The notes under the pieces: generated by a model
What the model was told of the DNA's origin: nothing
What the model saw: the letters and a program-made list of their open reading frames with translations, nothing else
Database searches by the model: none
Part shown: positions 7,372 through 15,330 of the stretch, piece by piece
Numbering within the stretch: position 1 is the first letter of the stretch
Layout of the letters: every line of letters begins with the position of its first letter
Source of the DNA: an uncultured Acidobacteriota bacterium
GTDB taxonomy: Bacteria; Acidobacteriota; Vicinamibacteria; Vicinamibacterales; 2-12-FULL-66-21
DNA length: 64,000 nt
NCBI GenBank assembly: GCA_963742265.1
Contig: CAVULC010000012.1
Coordinates: 1,636 to 65,635, forward strand
Reading direction: 5' to 3'
Position numbers and translations under genes: made by a program

Positions 7372-10300
7372 TCATTCGCGATCGCGCGCAGGCGAAAGTC
7401 GCCGCCCGGTTTGAAGTCGACGATCCAGCGAAGCGCCTCGTGATCGAGGCTTCGTGAATAGATCACATAGAGGCGGCTGTTGAGGGGAACACCGATGTTG
7501 AGCCGCTGCGAAGGGTTCGTGTCTTCGACGATCAACGACTCATCGCGCGAGACGTCGATCATCACCGCACCTCCGAGCTGGCGGTCCAGCGCCTGCCCCA
7601 GCGCTGCGGCCACTTCCTCGACGACGATGGCGCCGCTGTCGGCGGCGGCTTCTGACGTCGTCCTGCCGGTGAGAATGAGGGTCGCCAGGTCACCCTGGCT
7701 CAGATCGCTGCGGTTGGATGACGACAGGTTCATGCGGACGTCGTCGAGCGATCCTGACAATCCGACGTCGATCCGCACGCCGGTGACCTGCGTGACCCCC
7801 TGGATCTCGATTTCTGGCGGACGCGACGGAAAGCCGCGCAACTCGATGCGTCCGCCCTGGAGCCGCACGAGCGCGCGCGATACCCGCACCGTGCCGCCTT
7901 CACGCACGCTCAGCGAGCCGTCCACTTCCGGCGTAGCCACCGTGCCGACGACTCTCAGTGTGCCATCGATGACGAGCGTGGCCGTGTCGGTCGCGATCCG
8001 GAGCCCGTCTTCGGGTCGCAGCGTCAGCTCGAGCTCGGTGCGATCGGCGAGCGCCCCGCGGCTCGCCGGGGCAGCACCCTTGGCACCGGCGAGGTCGAGT
8101 GCCTTGGCCGTTCTGTCCAGCTCCCGTTCGTAGACCGCTCGATTCACGACGAGGTCTCCGGTGATGTGCGGCCTCGCAGCGGTACCCGACACCTGGACCA
8201 CGCCGGACGATCGCGTTCGCAGCCCTTCCGGATGCTCCAGGGGCACACGGTCCGCCTCGACGCGGAGGTCGAGGTCGAGATCGTGGTTGGTGATGGCCGC
8301 TTGTCCGCGCGCGACGATCTTTCCATCACCCACAACGGCGGTGGCCTCGACCAGTTCGACCCGGTCCCCGTCCGCACGCAAGGAGGCGCGAACGTCGGTG
8401 AGGGCGAGTTGAGGGGATCTGAGCACGAGGCGGCCGTCGACCAGGTTCGCGCTGCCACCCATCGTCCAGCGTGCCTGACTGCGCGCGACCCGCGCGTCGA
8501 ACGTCAGCGTGCCCCCGGCCACACCGGTGTCCGCCAGGAATGGATTCGCGATGCTGAGATCCAGGGTACCGGTGCCCTGAGCGGAGAACCGCAGTCCGTC
8601 ACCTGCGGATGTGAGCGTTGCAGAGAGGGTGGCGTGACCGCGGGGGCCTTGAATACGCAGCGGCGTGTGGGCCAGCGTTCCCCGCTCGAAGGTCCAGGAG
8701 ACGGGCGCCTCGAGATCCTGCCGCTCCGCATCGGCGATGACGCTCAAACGCGTGAGCGCACCATGAGCCTCGATTGCATTCACTGCGAAGGCCGACAGGG
8801 TGACGCGCCCGTCGAGATCGGCCGGAATCGAGAGCTTGGCGTGCTCCGCCGTCGCGCCGGCGAAGGTGGCGAGGTCGAGACCGCGAAGGGTGAAGTCGAC
8901 TTGCCGCGGCCGGTCTCCGCTCCCGGAAACAAGGGGGAGCGCTCCCGTCACTCGTGCCTCGCCCCCGGCAACGCGCGCAGTCGCATTGCGGATGTTGAGA
9001 ACGGACTGCTCGGCAATCGCTTCGATCTCGATCTGATCGACCTGAACCGCCGGCGTGTGCAATGAGCCATCGCGAAGAGCGATCCTGCCATCAACCACTG
9101 GCGCAGCAATCGACCCGGTGATGCGCATGTTCACATCCGCCTGTCCCTTGGCCTCGACGCCCGGCAGGAGCCATGCGAAGTCAGCGAGCGGCGCGTTTGC
9201 ATTCACCGTCATGGCGCCGGACTCCGCTGTGAAGCCGAGCCCACCGTCGACGGTGACGCGACTCTCGCCGGACCGGAAGTCCAGGCCGCGAATCGAGAAG
9301 TGATCGCGATTGCCGGATGCCGAGAACGGACCGGCGCGCCAGTCCCTGGTCGCGCGAAGCCCCAGCTGCGAGATCTCGGATTGATATTCGAACGATGAGG
9401 GATCCTGCAGCAGCAGATGAATATTCGCCTGGCCGGCCACCGAGACGTCCGCGATCCCCCCTGCCGGCATCGGAATCATCCGGGCCACATCGTCCGTCGG
9501 CAACGAGGCGAGGTCGACCTTCACGTCGAGCGGCCATCCGCCGCCGACACCACCCTGTCCGGACAGAAAAGAGCGGTCGCCCAACAGGCCGGCCACCGAG
9601 ATCACGCGTCCGTCAGAGGAGAGGTCCAGCGTCGCATCCGGCAGCGTGATGCCGCGGAGCCGCGGTTCCGTGAGCGTGACGTGAGCGCGGCCCGACGGCG
9701 CTGACAGGGAACCAGAGATGTCGGCCGTCAGTGCGAGTGTGGTGGCGAGCTCGCGGGCGTGCGGCACGAGGGGATCGAGCTGCTGGACGTCGACGTGCGC
9801 CGCTTCGACTCGTCCCTCGATGACCCCGCTCTCTGGATGCCATGATCCGGACAGCGCGATGGTGCCTCCAGCAACGGTGGCAGCAGAGCGTTCGATGCGC
9901 ACGGCGGGCTTCGAACGCGCGCCGTCGATCGCGAACGAACCGCTCGCGTTCGCATGCATGGCGATACCGCGATCAGCCAGCAGGCCGGAGAGATTCAGAC
10001 GCTGAAGGTCGCCGGTCACGTTCCATTGCCCGTCAGGCTGCAATGGAATGACGCCGGCGGCACGCGCCTCTACTTCAGCGCCACGCGCCAGCAGCGAAAC
10101 GATTTCGACGCCCGAGCGCGTCATGCGGACGTCACTCTCAACCGCGGCCCGCACGCCATACGCCGTGACGTCGTCGCTGGTCACTCGCAGGGACAGTGCG
10201 ACCTCGGGAAGGCGGCCTGCCAGCGTGCCTGCGGCGGACGCGCTGCCGGTCAGCGGCAACGGCGACACCTGGACGCCGAGGTCGGCGAGTACCGGCCGCA

Positions 10301-11618
10301 ATCGATCGATCGCCGGGATATGGGCGGTGTAGCGCGCGGAGATGTCGCCCTCGGCGCTCAACTGTCCGTCCAGCTTCACGGCCACGTCACGAACCATCAG
10401 GCGTTCCGACCCCCAGGTCAGTGCGCGACCGTTCCATCCTACCTGCGCACCACCGTCGACTGGCAGACCGCGGCCCTGCTGCGAGCGAAATGCAAGTGTT
10501 CCCGAACCACTGAGCGACTCGGGCTTCCAGTCGCTCATGCGCAACCCGAGCTCAGCGTCCAGTCGAGACGCGATCGCGGGGGAGGACCACATGTTCGATA
10601 CCTCGCGAACGTCGAGGTTGCGCGCCACAAGTGCGAAGTCTCCGTCGCGATTCGACAGACTCATGGTTCCACGCGCCGTGATGAGGCCGCCAAACATCTC
10701 CGTTTCGATGGCATCGGCAACCAGCCGATCGTTCTCCAGCCGTCCGCGGATGGCAATCGGGTGGGAGCCGGGGATCTCGATCCGCTGTTTCGGCAGCGCC
10801 GCAGTCACGAGCGTGGATGCGACGGTCCCTTCGAAGCGTGCTCGCATCGCGAGCGGTGTCGTGCCACTGAGCTCTCCCTGGGCGTGAAGATCCGATCCCG
10901 CCGCGCGCAGACGGGCCGACTGAATGACCAGCGTCCCTGTGTCGGATCGGATCTCGACTGTGGCATCGATGCCGACCCGTTCGACCCGGGGACCCTCTGC
11001 AGGCCCGGCCGCGGCCGCGTTGACGCGAAGGGTGCCGCCGGCGCCGCCCGGGGTGCGAGTCACGAGCGCGTCGATGCCGTCCAGCGTCAGACCGGATCGC
11101 CCGTCCGCATCGACGACATCGATGGAGCCATGCACGACCTCGATTCGTGCGAAGCGCAGCAACGACAACCACGGGCGCGGGTTCACCGCAGTTGGCTGCG
11201 AAGCGCGCGATCGTGCGAGGCTCACGTGCATGCGAGGCGCGACCGCGCGAACTTCCAGTCCAGTGCCTGGACCGAACCGGACGTCGATGCGTTCGCTCGT
11301 GATGTCGACGCCGCGTCCGGCGGTCCGGAGACCAACGATGGTGGCCTGACCGCGCCACAGCTGGTAGTCCAGTTGCCCCAGCGTGACCTCAATGCCCACC
11401 CTCGAGTGCACCCACTTCGTCAAGATCGTGGCGACCGCTTTCTTCGCCGGCGCGGTGTGGAGCGCCAAAACCGAAAGGAACAGCACCGCCACAACTGCCA
11501 CGGAAACGCGCAGCCATCGCCGCCGGTTCGGCCTGGGTGCTCGACCGCGCGTGGAGCCTGTGCCGGTCACCGCTGGGGAGTGACCCTGCTCGCCTGGCGT
11601 ACTCATCCGGTCTGGCAA
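7212..11618 (-). CDS. tamB: TamB-like translocation and assembly module protein (AsmA-like, C-terminal DUF490), N-terminal membrane anchor
   Basis: ORF 7212..11618 (1468 aa). N-terminal anchor WLRVSVAVVAVLFLSVLAL; long repetitive beta-rich body. C-terminus ...LNIGVPLNSRLYVIYSRSL...AVEVSHRFGF resembles the E. coli TamB end (...LLYQFEF), followed by a 39-codon tail. Alternative ATG start at 11606. Confidence 0.85.
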   Translation of the reverse strand: MPDRMSTPGEQGHSPAVTGTGSTRGRAPRPNRRRWLRVSVAVVAVLFLSVLALHTAPAKKAVATILTKWVHSRVGIEVTLGQLDYQLWRGQATIVGLRTAGRGVDITSERIDVRFGPGTGLEVRAVAPRMHVSLARSRASQPTAVNPRPWLSLLRFARIEVVHGSIDVVDADGRSGLTLDGIDALVTRTPGGAGGTLRVNAAAAGPAEGPRVERVGIDATVEIRSDTGTLVIQSARLRAAGSDLHAQGELSGTTPLAMRARFEGTVASTLVTAALPKQRIEIPGSHPIAIRGRLENDRLVADAIETEMFGGLITARGTMSLSNRDGDFALVARNLDVREVSNMWSSPAIASRLDAELGLRMSDWKPESLSGSGTLAFRSQQGRGLPVDGGAQVGWNGRALTWGSERLMVRDVAVKLDGQLSAEGDISARYTAHIPAIDRLRPVLADLGVQVSPLPLTGSASAAGTLAGRLPEVALSLRVTSDDVTAYGVRAAVESDVRMTRSGVEIVSLLARGAEVEARAAGVIPLQPDGQWNVTGDLQRLNLSGLLADRGIAMHANASGSFAIDGARSKPAVRIERSAATVAGGTIALSGSWHPESGVIEGRVEAAHVDVQQLDPLVPHARELATTLALTADISGSLSAPSGRAHVTLTEPRLRGITLPDATLDLSSDGRVISVAGLLGDRSFLSGQGGVGGGWPLDVKVDLASLPTDDVARMIPMPAGGIADVSVAGQANIHLLLQDPSSFEYQSEISQLGLRATRDWRAGPFSASGNRDHFSIRGLDFRSGESRVTVDGGLGFTAESGAMTVNANAPLADFAWLLPGVEAKGQADVNMRITGSIAAPVVDGRIALRDGSLHTPAVQVDQIEIEAIAEQSVLNIRNATARVAGGEARVTGALPLVSGSGDRPRQVDFTLRGLDLATFAGATAEHAKLSIPADLDGRVTLSAFAVNAIEAHGALTRLSVIADAERQDLEAPVSWTFERGTLAHTPLRIQGPRGHATLSATLTSAGDGLRFSAQGTGTLDLSIANPFLADTGVAGGTLTFDARVARSQARWTMGGSANLVDGRLVLRSPQLALTDVRASLRADGDRVELVEATAVVGDGKIVARGQAAITNHDLDLDLRVEADRVPLEHPEGLRTRSSGVVQVSGTAARPHITGDLVVNRAVYERELDRTAKALDLAGAKGAAPASRGALADRTELELTLRPEDGLRIATDTATLVIDGTLRVVGTVATPEVDGSLSVREGGTVRVSRALVRLQGGRIELRGFPSRPPEIEIQGVTQVTGVRIDVGLSGSLDDVRMNLSSSNRSDLSQGDLATLILTGRTTSEAAADSGAIVVEEVAAALGQALDRQLGGAVMIDVSRDESLIVEDTNPSQRLNIGVPLNSRLYVIYSRSLDHEALRWIVDFKPGGDFRLRAIANDDASEAVEVSHRFGFNAWSRKYLAPAAKTRASRSARSPSAAPRLVPRQNCASG

Positions 11619-11799
11619 GGGCAGCTTCGGTGCCAGTCAGTTCACAGGCTTTGAACGGCCTTTATGCGAGCGTCTCCGGAATCCCGGACGGCTGCAGTTT
11701 TCCCCGGAGATCGAGGGATAAGACAAACGCGATCGACTGCGTGCCACGCCGAGGGGCGTTCCATGTAACATTGCGCCGAATGCGGCCGGGCGCACCTCC

Positions 11800-12969
11800 G
11801 TGACAGTCGCTACTGCTGGGGCAAGACCTTCATCCCCGCGTCGCCGGTTCATCGCCGCCGGCCTGATCACCGTCGTCCTCATCGGCATCGTCGCGATCTA
11901 CCTTGTCAAGATCGAGGGCCTGATGCCGGATTACGAGGTCTATCGCCGTGCAGCCGTGCGGGCGCTCGCGGCTGAGCCCCTCTACCGCGAATCGGACCGT
12001 CACTACCAGTTCAAGTACCTGCCGGCATTCGCCGTCGTCTCGATCCCGCTGGGGCTTGCACCCGACCGCGTCGTGCGCGCGTGCTGGTTCGCCGGATCGA
12101 TCCTGATGCTCGTGCTCCTCTTGAGGAAGAGCGTGAGGGTGATGCCGGAGCGACTCCATTCACGCGCATATCTCATCGGCATCACGTTCGTGCTCCTCGG
12201 AAAGTTCTACGCGCATGAACTGGAGCTGGGCCAGGTGAACATCGTCATGGCGGCCGTGGTCGTCCTGGCGCTGGCGGAAATGCAGGCAGGCCGTGAATTC
12301 GCCGCCGGCCTCCTCATCGCTGCGGCTGTCGTGCTGAAGCCGTACGCCGTGCTCCTGGTGCCGTGGCTGGTCGGGCGGCGACGACTGCCGTCCCTCGGCG
12401 GCGCGTTCACCGGCATCGCCGTCGCGCTGCTCCTGCCGGCGGCAGTTTATGGCTTCGACGGGAACGCGCACCTGCTCGCCGAGTGGTGGCGCACGGTTAC
12501 GCAGACGACTGCGCCAAATCTTGCGGACGTCAACAACGTGTCGGCCGCATCGGTGTTTGCCCGCTCGCTCGGGCCCGGACCGACCGCGCAGGCACTCGCT
12601 GCGGCGCTGATGGTCGCGCTGCTCGCGGTGGCAGCGGCCGTCTTCTTCTCGCGTCGAGGGGTTCCGGCGCCAGAACCACTCGAGGCCGGTTTGCTGTTGA
12701 CGATGATGCCGATCCTGTCGCCCCAGGGCTGGGACTATGTGTTCCTGCTCTCGACCGTCGCAACCATGTTGCTGGTCAACTACCGTGCTCGAATTCCAGG
12801 CGTGATGAAGCCCATCGTCACCATTGCGCTGATCGTCATCGCCTTTACCATCTTCGACGTGGTCGGACGCACGGTTTACCGGACCGCCATGCGGCTCTCG
12901 GTCATGACGATCTGCTACCTCCTTGTCATCGGCGGTCTCGCCTCGCTCCGCTGGCGCAAGGTGGCCTGA
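11800..12969 (+). CDS. polytopic membrane glycosyltransferase, GT87/DUF2029-like
   Basis: ORF 11800..12969 with about 9-10 hydrophobic segments. Motifs YQFKYLPAFA and VLKPYAV are typical of DUF2029/GT87 mannosyltransferase-like proteins. Divergent from tamB. Confidence 0.65.
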   Translation: MTVATAGARPSSPRRRFIAAGLITVVLIGIVAIYLVKIEGLMPDYEVYRRAAVRALAAEPLYRESDRHYQFKYLPAFAVVSIPLGLAPDRVVRACWFAGSILMLVLLLRKSVRVMPERLHSRAYLIGITFVLLGKFYAHELELGQVNIVMAAVVVLALAEMQAGREFAAGLLIAAAVVLKPYAVLLVPWLVGRRRLPSLGGAFTGIAVALLLPAAVYGFDGNAHLLAEWWRTVTQTTAPNLADVNNVSAASVFARSLGPGPTAQALAAALMVALLAVAAAVFFSRRGVPAPEPLEAGLLLTMMPILSPQGWDYVFLLSTVATMLLVNYRARIPGVMKPIVTIALIVIAFTIFDVVGRTVYRTAMRLSVMTICYLLVIGGLASLRWRKVA

Positions 12970-13005
12970 CGAGTTCCCGGGCAGGATTTTTGCTCGCCAG
13001 TTGAC

Positions 13006-13413
13006 ATGCGAACTCGTCAGCTCGCAGCGCTTCTCTCCTGTCTGATCAGCATTTCGAGTTCCGCCGCCTGCAGTCGACAGGATCGGCAAATCCGTCAACA
13101 TCAGGAAGCGCTCCAGTCGCTTGGTTCCACTGTGCGCGCGATCGCAGGTGCATGGCTCGACGGCCGTGTCTCCGGCACGTACGCGCAGACCGCCCTTGAA
13201 CGGACGTTCGTTCTCGTCGAACAGGAACGCAGGTCGCTGGCGAGCCGGCCAGAAATGCTCATCGATGAGCGGGGCGCGCGCCTGTCCGACACAGCCGACC
13301 ATCTCGAGCGGCTGATCGCCGGCATCCAGCACGGGATGCGTGGAGCGAACGCGGCCGCCGTACGCGACGGCCTGGCAAAGATTCCGATTTACAACGAGCC
13401 GAGAAAGCAGTGA
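13006..13413 (+). CDS. small helical lipoprotein, unknown function
   Basis: ORF 13006..13413. Lipobox-like LISISSSAAC. Its stop overlaps the NRAMP start (13410/13413). Confidence 0.55.
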   Translation: MRTRQLAALLSCLISISSSAACSRQDRQIRQHQEALQSLGSTVRAIAGAWLDGRVSGTYAQTALERTFVLVEQERRSLASRPEMLIDERGARLSDTADHLERLIAGIQHGMRGANAAAVRDGLAKIPIYNEPRKQ

Positions 13414-14624
13414 GTGCGATCTTCGACGTCGTTCTCGGCATCGTCACCAGCATCGGCGGCTTCGTCGAAGTCGGATCGATCTCAACGTCAGCACAGGCGG
13501 GTGCCGCGTTCGGATTTCAGCTGCTCTGGGCGGTAGCTGCCGCCGCGGCGATGCTCGCGCTGCTGACCGAGATGTCAGGCCGGCTTGCGGTGATGAGCAA
13601 GCGCACCATCACTGCGGCCATACGTGAACGGTTCGGAATTCATTTCCATGTCGTTCTGCTCACGTCGGAGTTCCTGCTGGATCTCCTGCTGTTGGCCGCC
13701 GAACTCGGTGGCGCCGCAATCGCGATCAAGCTGCTCAGCGGGATCGGCTTTCAGTGGTGGATCGTCCCGACCGCCCTGCTCGTGTGGATGATTCTGTGGT
13801 TCAGCGGGTTCGCCGTCGTGGAGTACGGCATCGGTCTGCTCGGCCTGGTTACGCTCTCGTTTGTGCTTGCGGCCATCCGGCTGAGTCCCGATCCCGCCGA
13901 CGTCGCGCGCAGCTTCATCCCATCGCTGCCGACCCATGACGGCGTGCGTTACGGGTTCCTCGCGATCAGCATCGTTGGTGCAACGGTCAGTCCGTACCTG
14001 CTCAACTTCTATTCGTCCGGGACGATTGAAGAAGAGATGAAGCAGGAAGAACTCTGGGTCAACACCCTCACCACCTACGGCGGCAACATGTTCGGCGCGG
14101 CGGTGTCGATGGCGATCATCGTGACCAGCGCGATGGTGCTCAAACCGCTTCACATCACCGTGGACTCGTACGAACAGGCGGCGTTGATGTTCGTCCCGGC
14201 GTTCAGCTCGTGGGCGATCGCGCTGTTCGCGCTGTCGCTGGGTATCGGCTGCATCGGCGCGGCACTCGAACTTGCCCTGAACATGGGCTATCTGCTGTCC
14301 CAGGCATTCGGTTGGTCCTGGAGCGCCAATCGACCACGCGCCGAGAACGCCCGCTTCTCCTGTGGGTTCACACTCATCCTGCTGGCCGCGACTGTGATCT
14401 CGCTGATCGGCTTCGATCCGCTTCGCCTGACGATGCTGTCGGTGGCGCTGACCGTCATGGTCATGCCGCTCATCGTTCTGCCTTTTCTCGTCGTCATGAA
14501 CGACACCAAGTTCGTCAAGGACAAGACCAATACGCCCGTTGGCAATGCGCTACTCGCGCTGCTGACTGTGGCTGGTGCCGTGTTCGCCGTCGTCATCATT
14601 CCACTCGAAATCCTGGGAGGGTAG
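13410..14624 (+). CDS. NRAMP/SLC11-family transporter, divergent (canonical DPGN and MPH metal-site residues replaced)
   Basis: ORF 13410..14624. Aligns by eye to MntH: ...IGGFVEVGSISTSAQAGAAFGFQLLW... versus [25 protein letters not shown], and ...VGATVSPYLLNFYSS... versus LGATIMPHVIYLHSS. Confidence 0.85.
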   Translation: MSAIFDVVLGIVTSIGGFVEVGSISTSAQAGAAFGFQLLWAVAAAAAMLALLTEMSGRLAVMSKRTITAAIRERFGIHFHVVLLTSEFLLDLLLLAAELGGAAIAIKLLSGIGFQWWIVPTALLVWMILWFSGFAVVEYGIGLLGLVTLSFVLAAIRLSPDPADVARSFIPSLPTHDGVRYGFLAISIVGATVSPYLLNFYSSGTIEEEMKQEELWVNTLTTYGGNMFGAAVSMAIIVTSAMVLKPLHITVDSYEQAALMFVPAFSSWAIALFALSLGIGCIGAALELALNMGYLLSQAFGWSWSANRPRAENARFSCGFTLILLAATVISLIGFDPLRLTMLSVALTVMVMPLIVLPFLVVMNDTKFVKDKTNTPVGNALLALLTVAGAVFAVVIIPLEILGG

Positions 14625-14626
14625 TC

Positions 14627-14983
14627 ATGCACCTGGTCCGCGACCTGCTCGACAAGGAGATCGTCGATCGTAACGGCCGGGCGATGGGTCGAGTGGACCG
14701 CGTCATCATCGAGGCCGGTGAGGGATCGTTCCGCGTCGTGGCGGTCGAACTGGGAGCGTCGGCGCTCGGCGAACGTCTCAGCCACGTCCTCGGCCGCTGC
14801 GTCACAGGCGTGCTGCATGCCTTTGGCGTCGACGAAGGACAGCCGTTGAGGATTCACGTCCACCAGATTCTGGACGTCAAGGAGGCGGTCAAGGTAGATC
14901 TCGCCTTCGGCGAAACACCAGCCGCAAGCGTCGAGCGGAAACTTCGAGGGTTCGTCGCTGCGATTCCGGGAGCAAAGCGATGA
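14627..14983 (+). CDS. PRC-barrel domain protein
   Basis: ATG at 14627, preceded by gggaggg; this is the inner part of tracked ORF 14210..14983. MHLVRDLLDKEIVDRNGRAMGRVDRVIIE... is typical of PRC-barrel N-termini. Starts 3 bp after the NRAMP stop. Confidence 0.7.
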   Translation: MHLVRDLLDKEIVDRNGRAMGRVDRVIIEAGEGSFRVVAVELGASALGERLSHVLGRCVTGVLHAFGVDEGQPLRIHVHQILDVKEAVKVDLAFGETPAASVERKLRGFVAAIPGAKR

Positions 14984-15273
14984 CGCGCTCCGAGGTGTAC
15001 TTCGACGAGCTTCTCGGGAGGAGCGTGCTCGCCGGCAACAACCGCGTCGCCGGCCGCCTGGAAGAATTTCACACCGAGCAGCGCGGAGATTACTTTCACA
15101 TCGTCGAGTTCGTGATCGGATCAGCGGGGATGATGGATCGACTGAACATGGGCGTCAGGGCGATGTTCGGCAAACGGGGCTCCGGCAAAGTGGCCCGCCC
15201 GGATCAGATCGATATCAGCGATCCCCGCCGTCCGCGACTCACCTGTTCGATCAACGATCTGCAAGACCTTTGA
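14980..15273 (+). CDS. PRC-barrel domain protein (second copy)
   Basis: ORF 14980..15273. ...ELLGRSVLAGNNRVAGRLEEFHTE.... ATGA overlap with the preceding PRC gene. Confidence 0.65.
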   Translation: MTRSEVYFDELLGRSVLAGNNRVAGRLEEFHTEQRGDYFHIVEFVIGSAGMMDRLNMGVRAMFGKRGSGKVARPDQIDISDPRRPRLTCSINDLQDL

Positions 15274-15330
15274 GGAGCGATCGCGAACGCTGGCGGGCCG
15301 GGTGACCACACCCGGCCCGCCGCACGCAGC

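Noticed and set aside
9954-11654. 566-aa plus-strand ORF and many other ORFs antisense to tamB (7480..8133, 8166..9065 and others)
   Set aside because: They are antisense shadow frames of the 1468-aa TamB gene. They carry no motifs and are heavily biased toward Arg, Pro and Ala.
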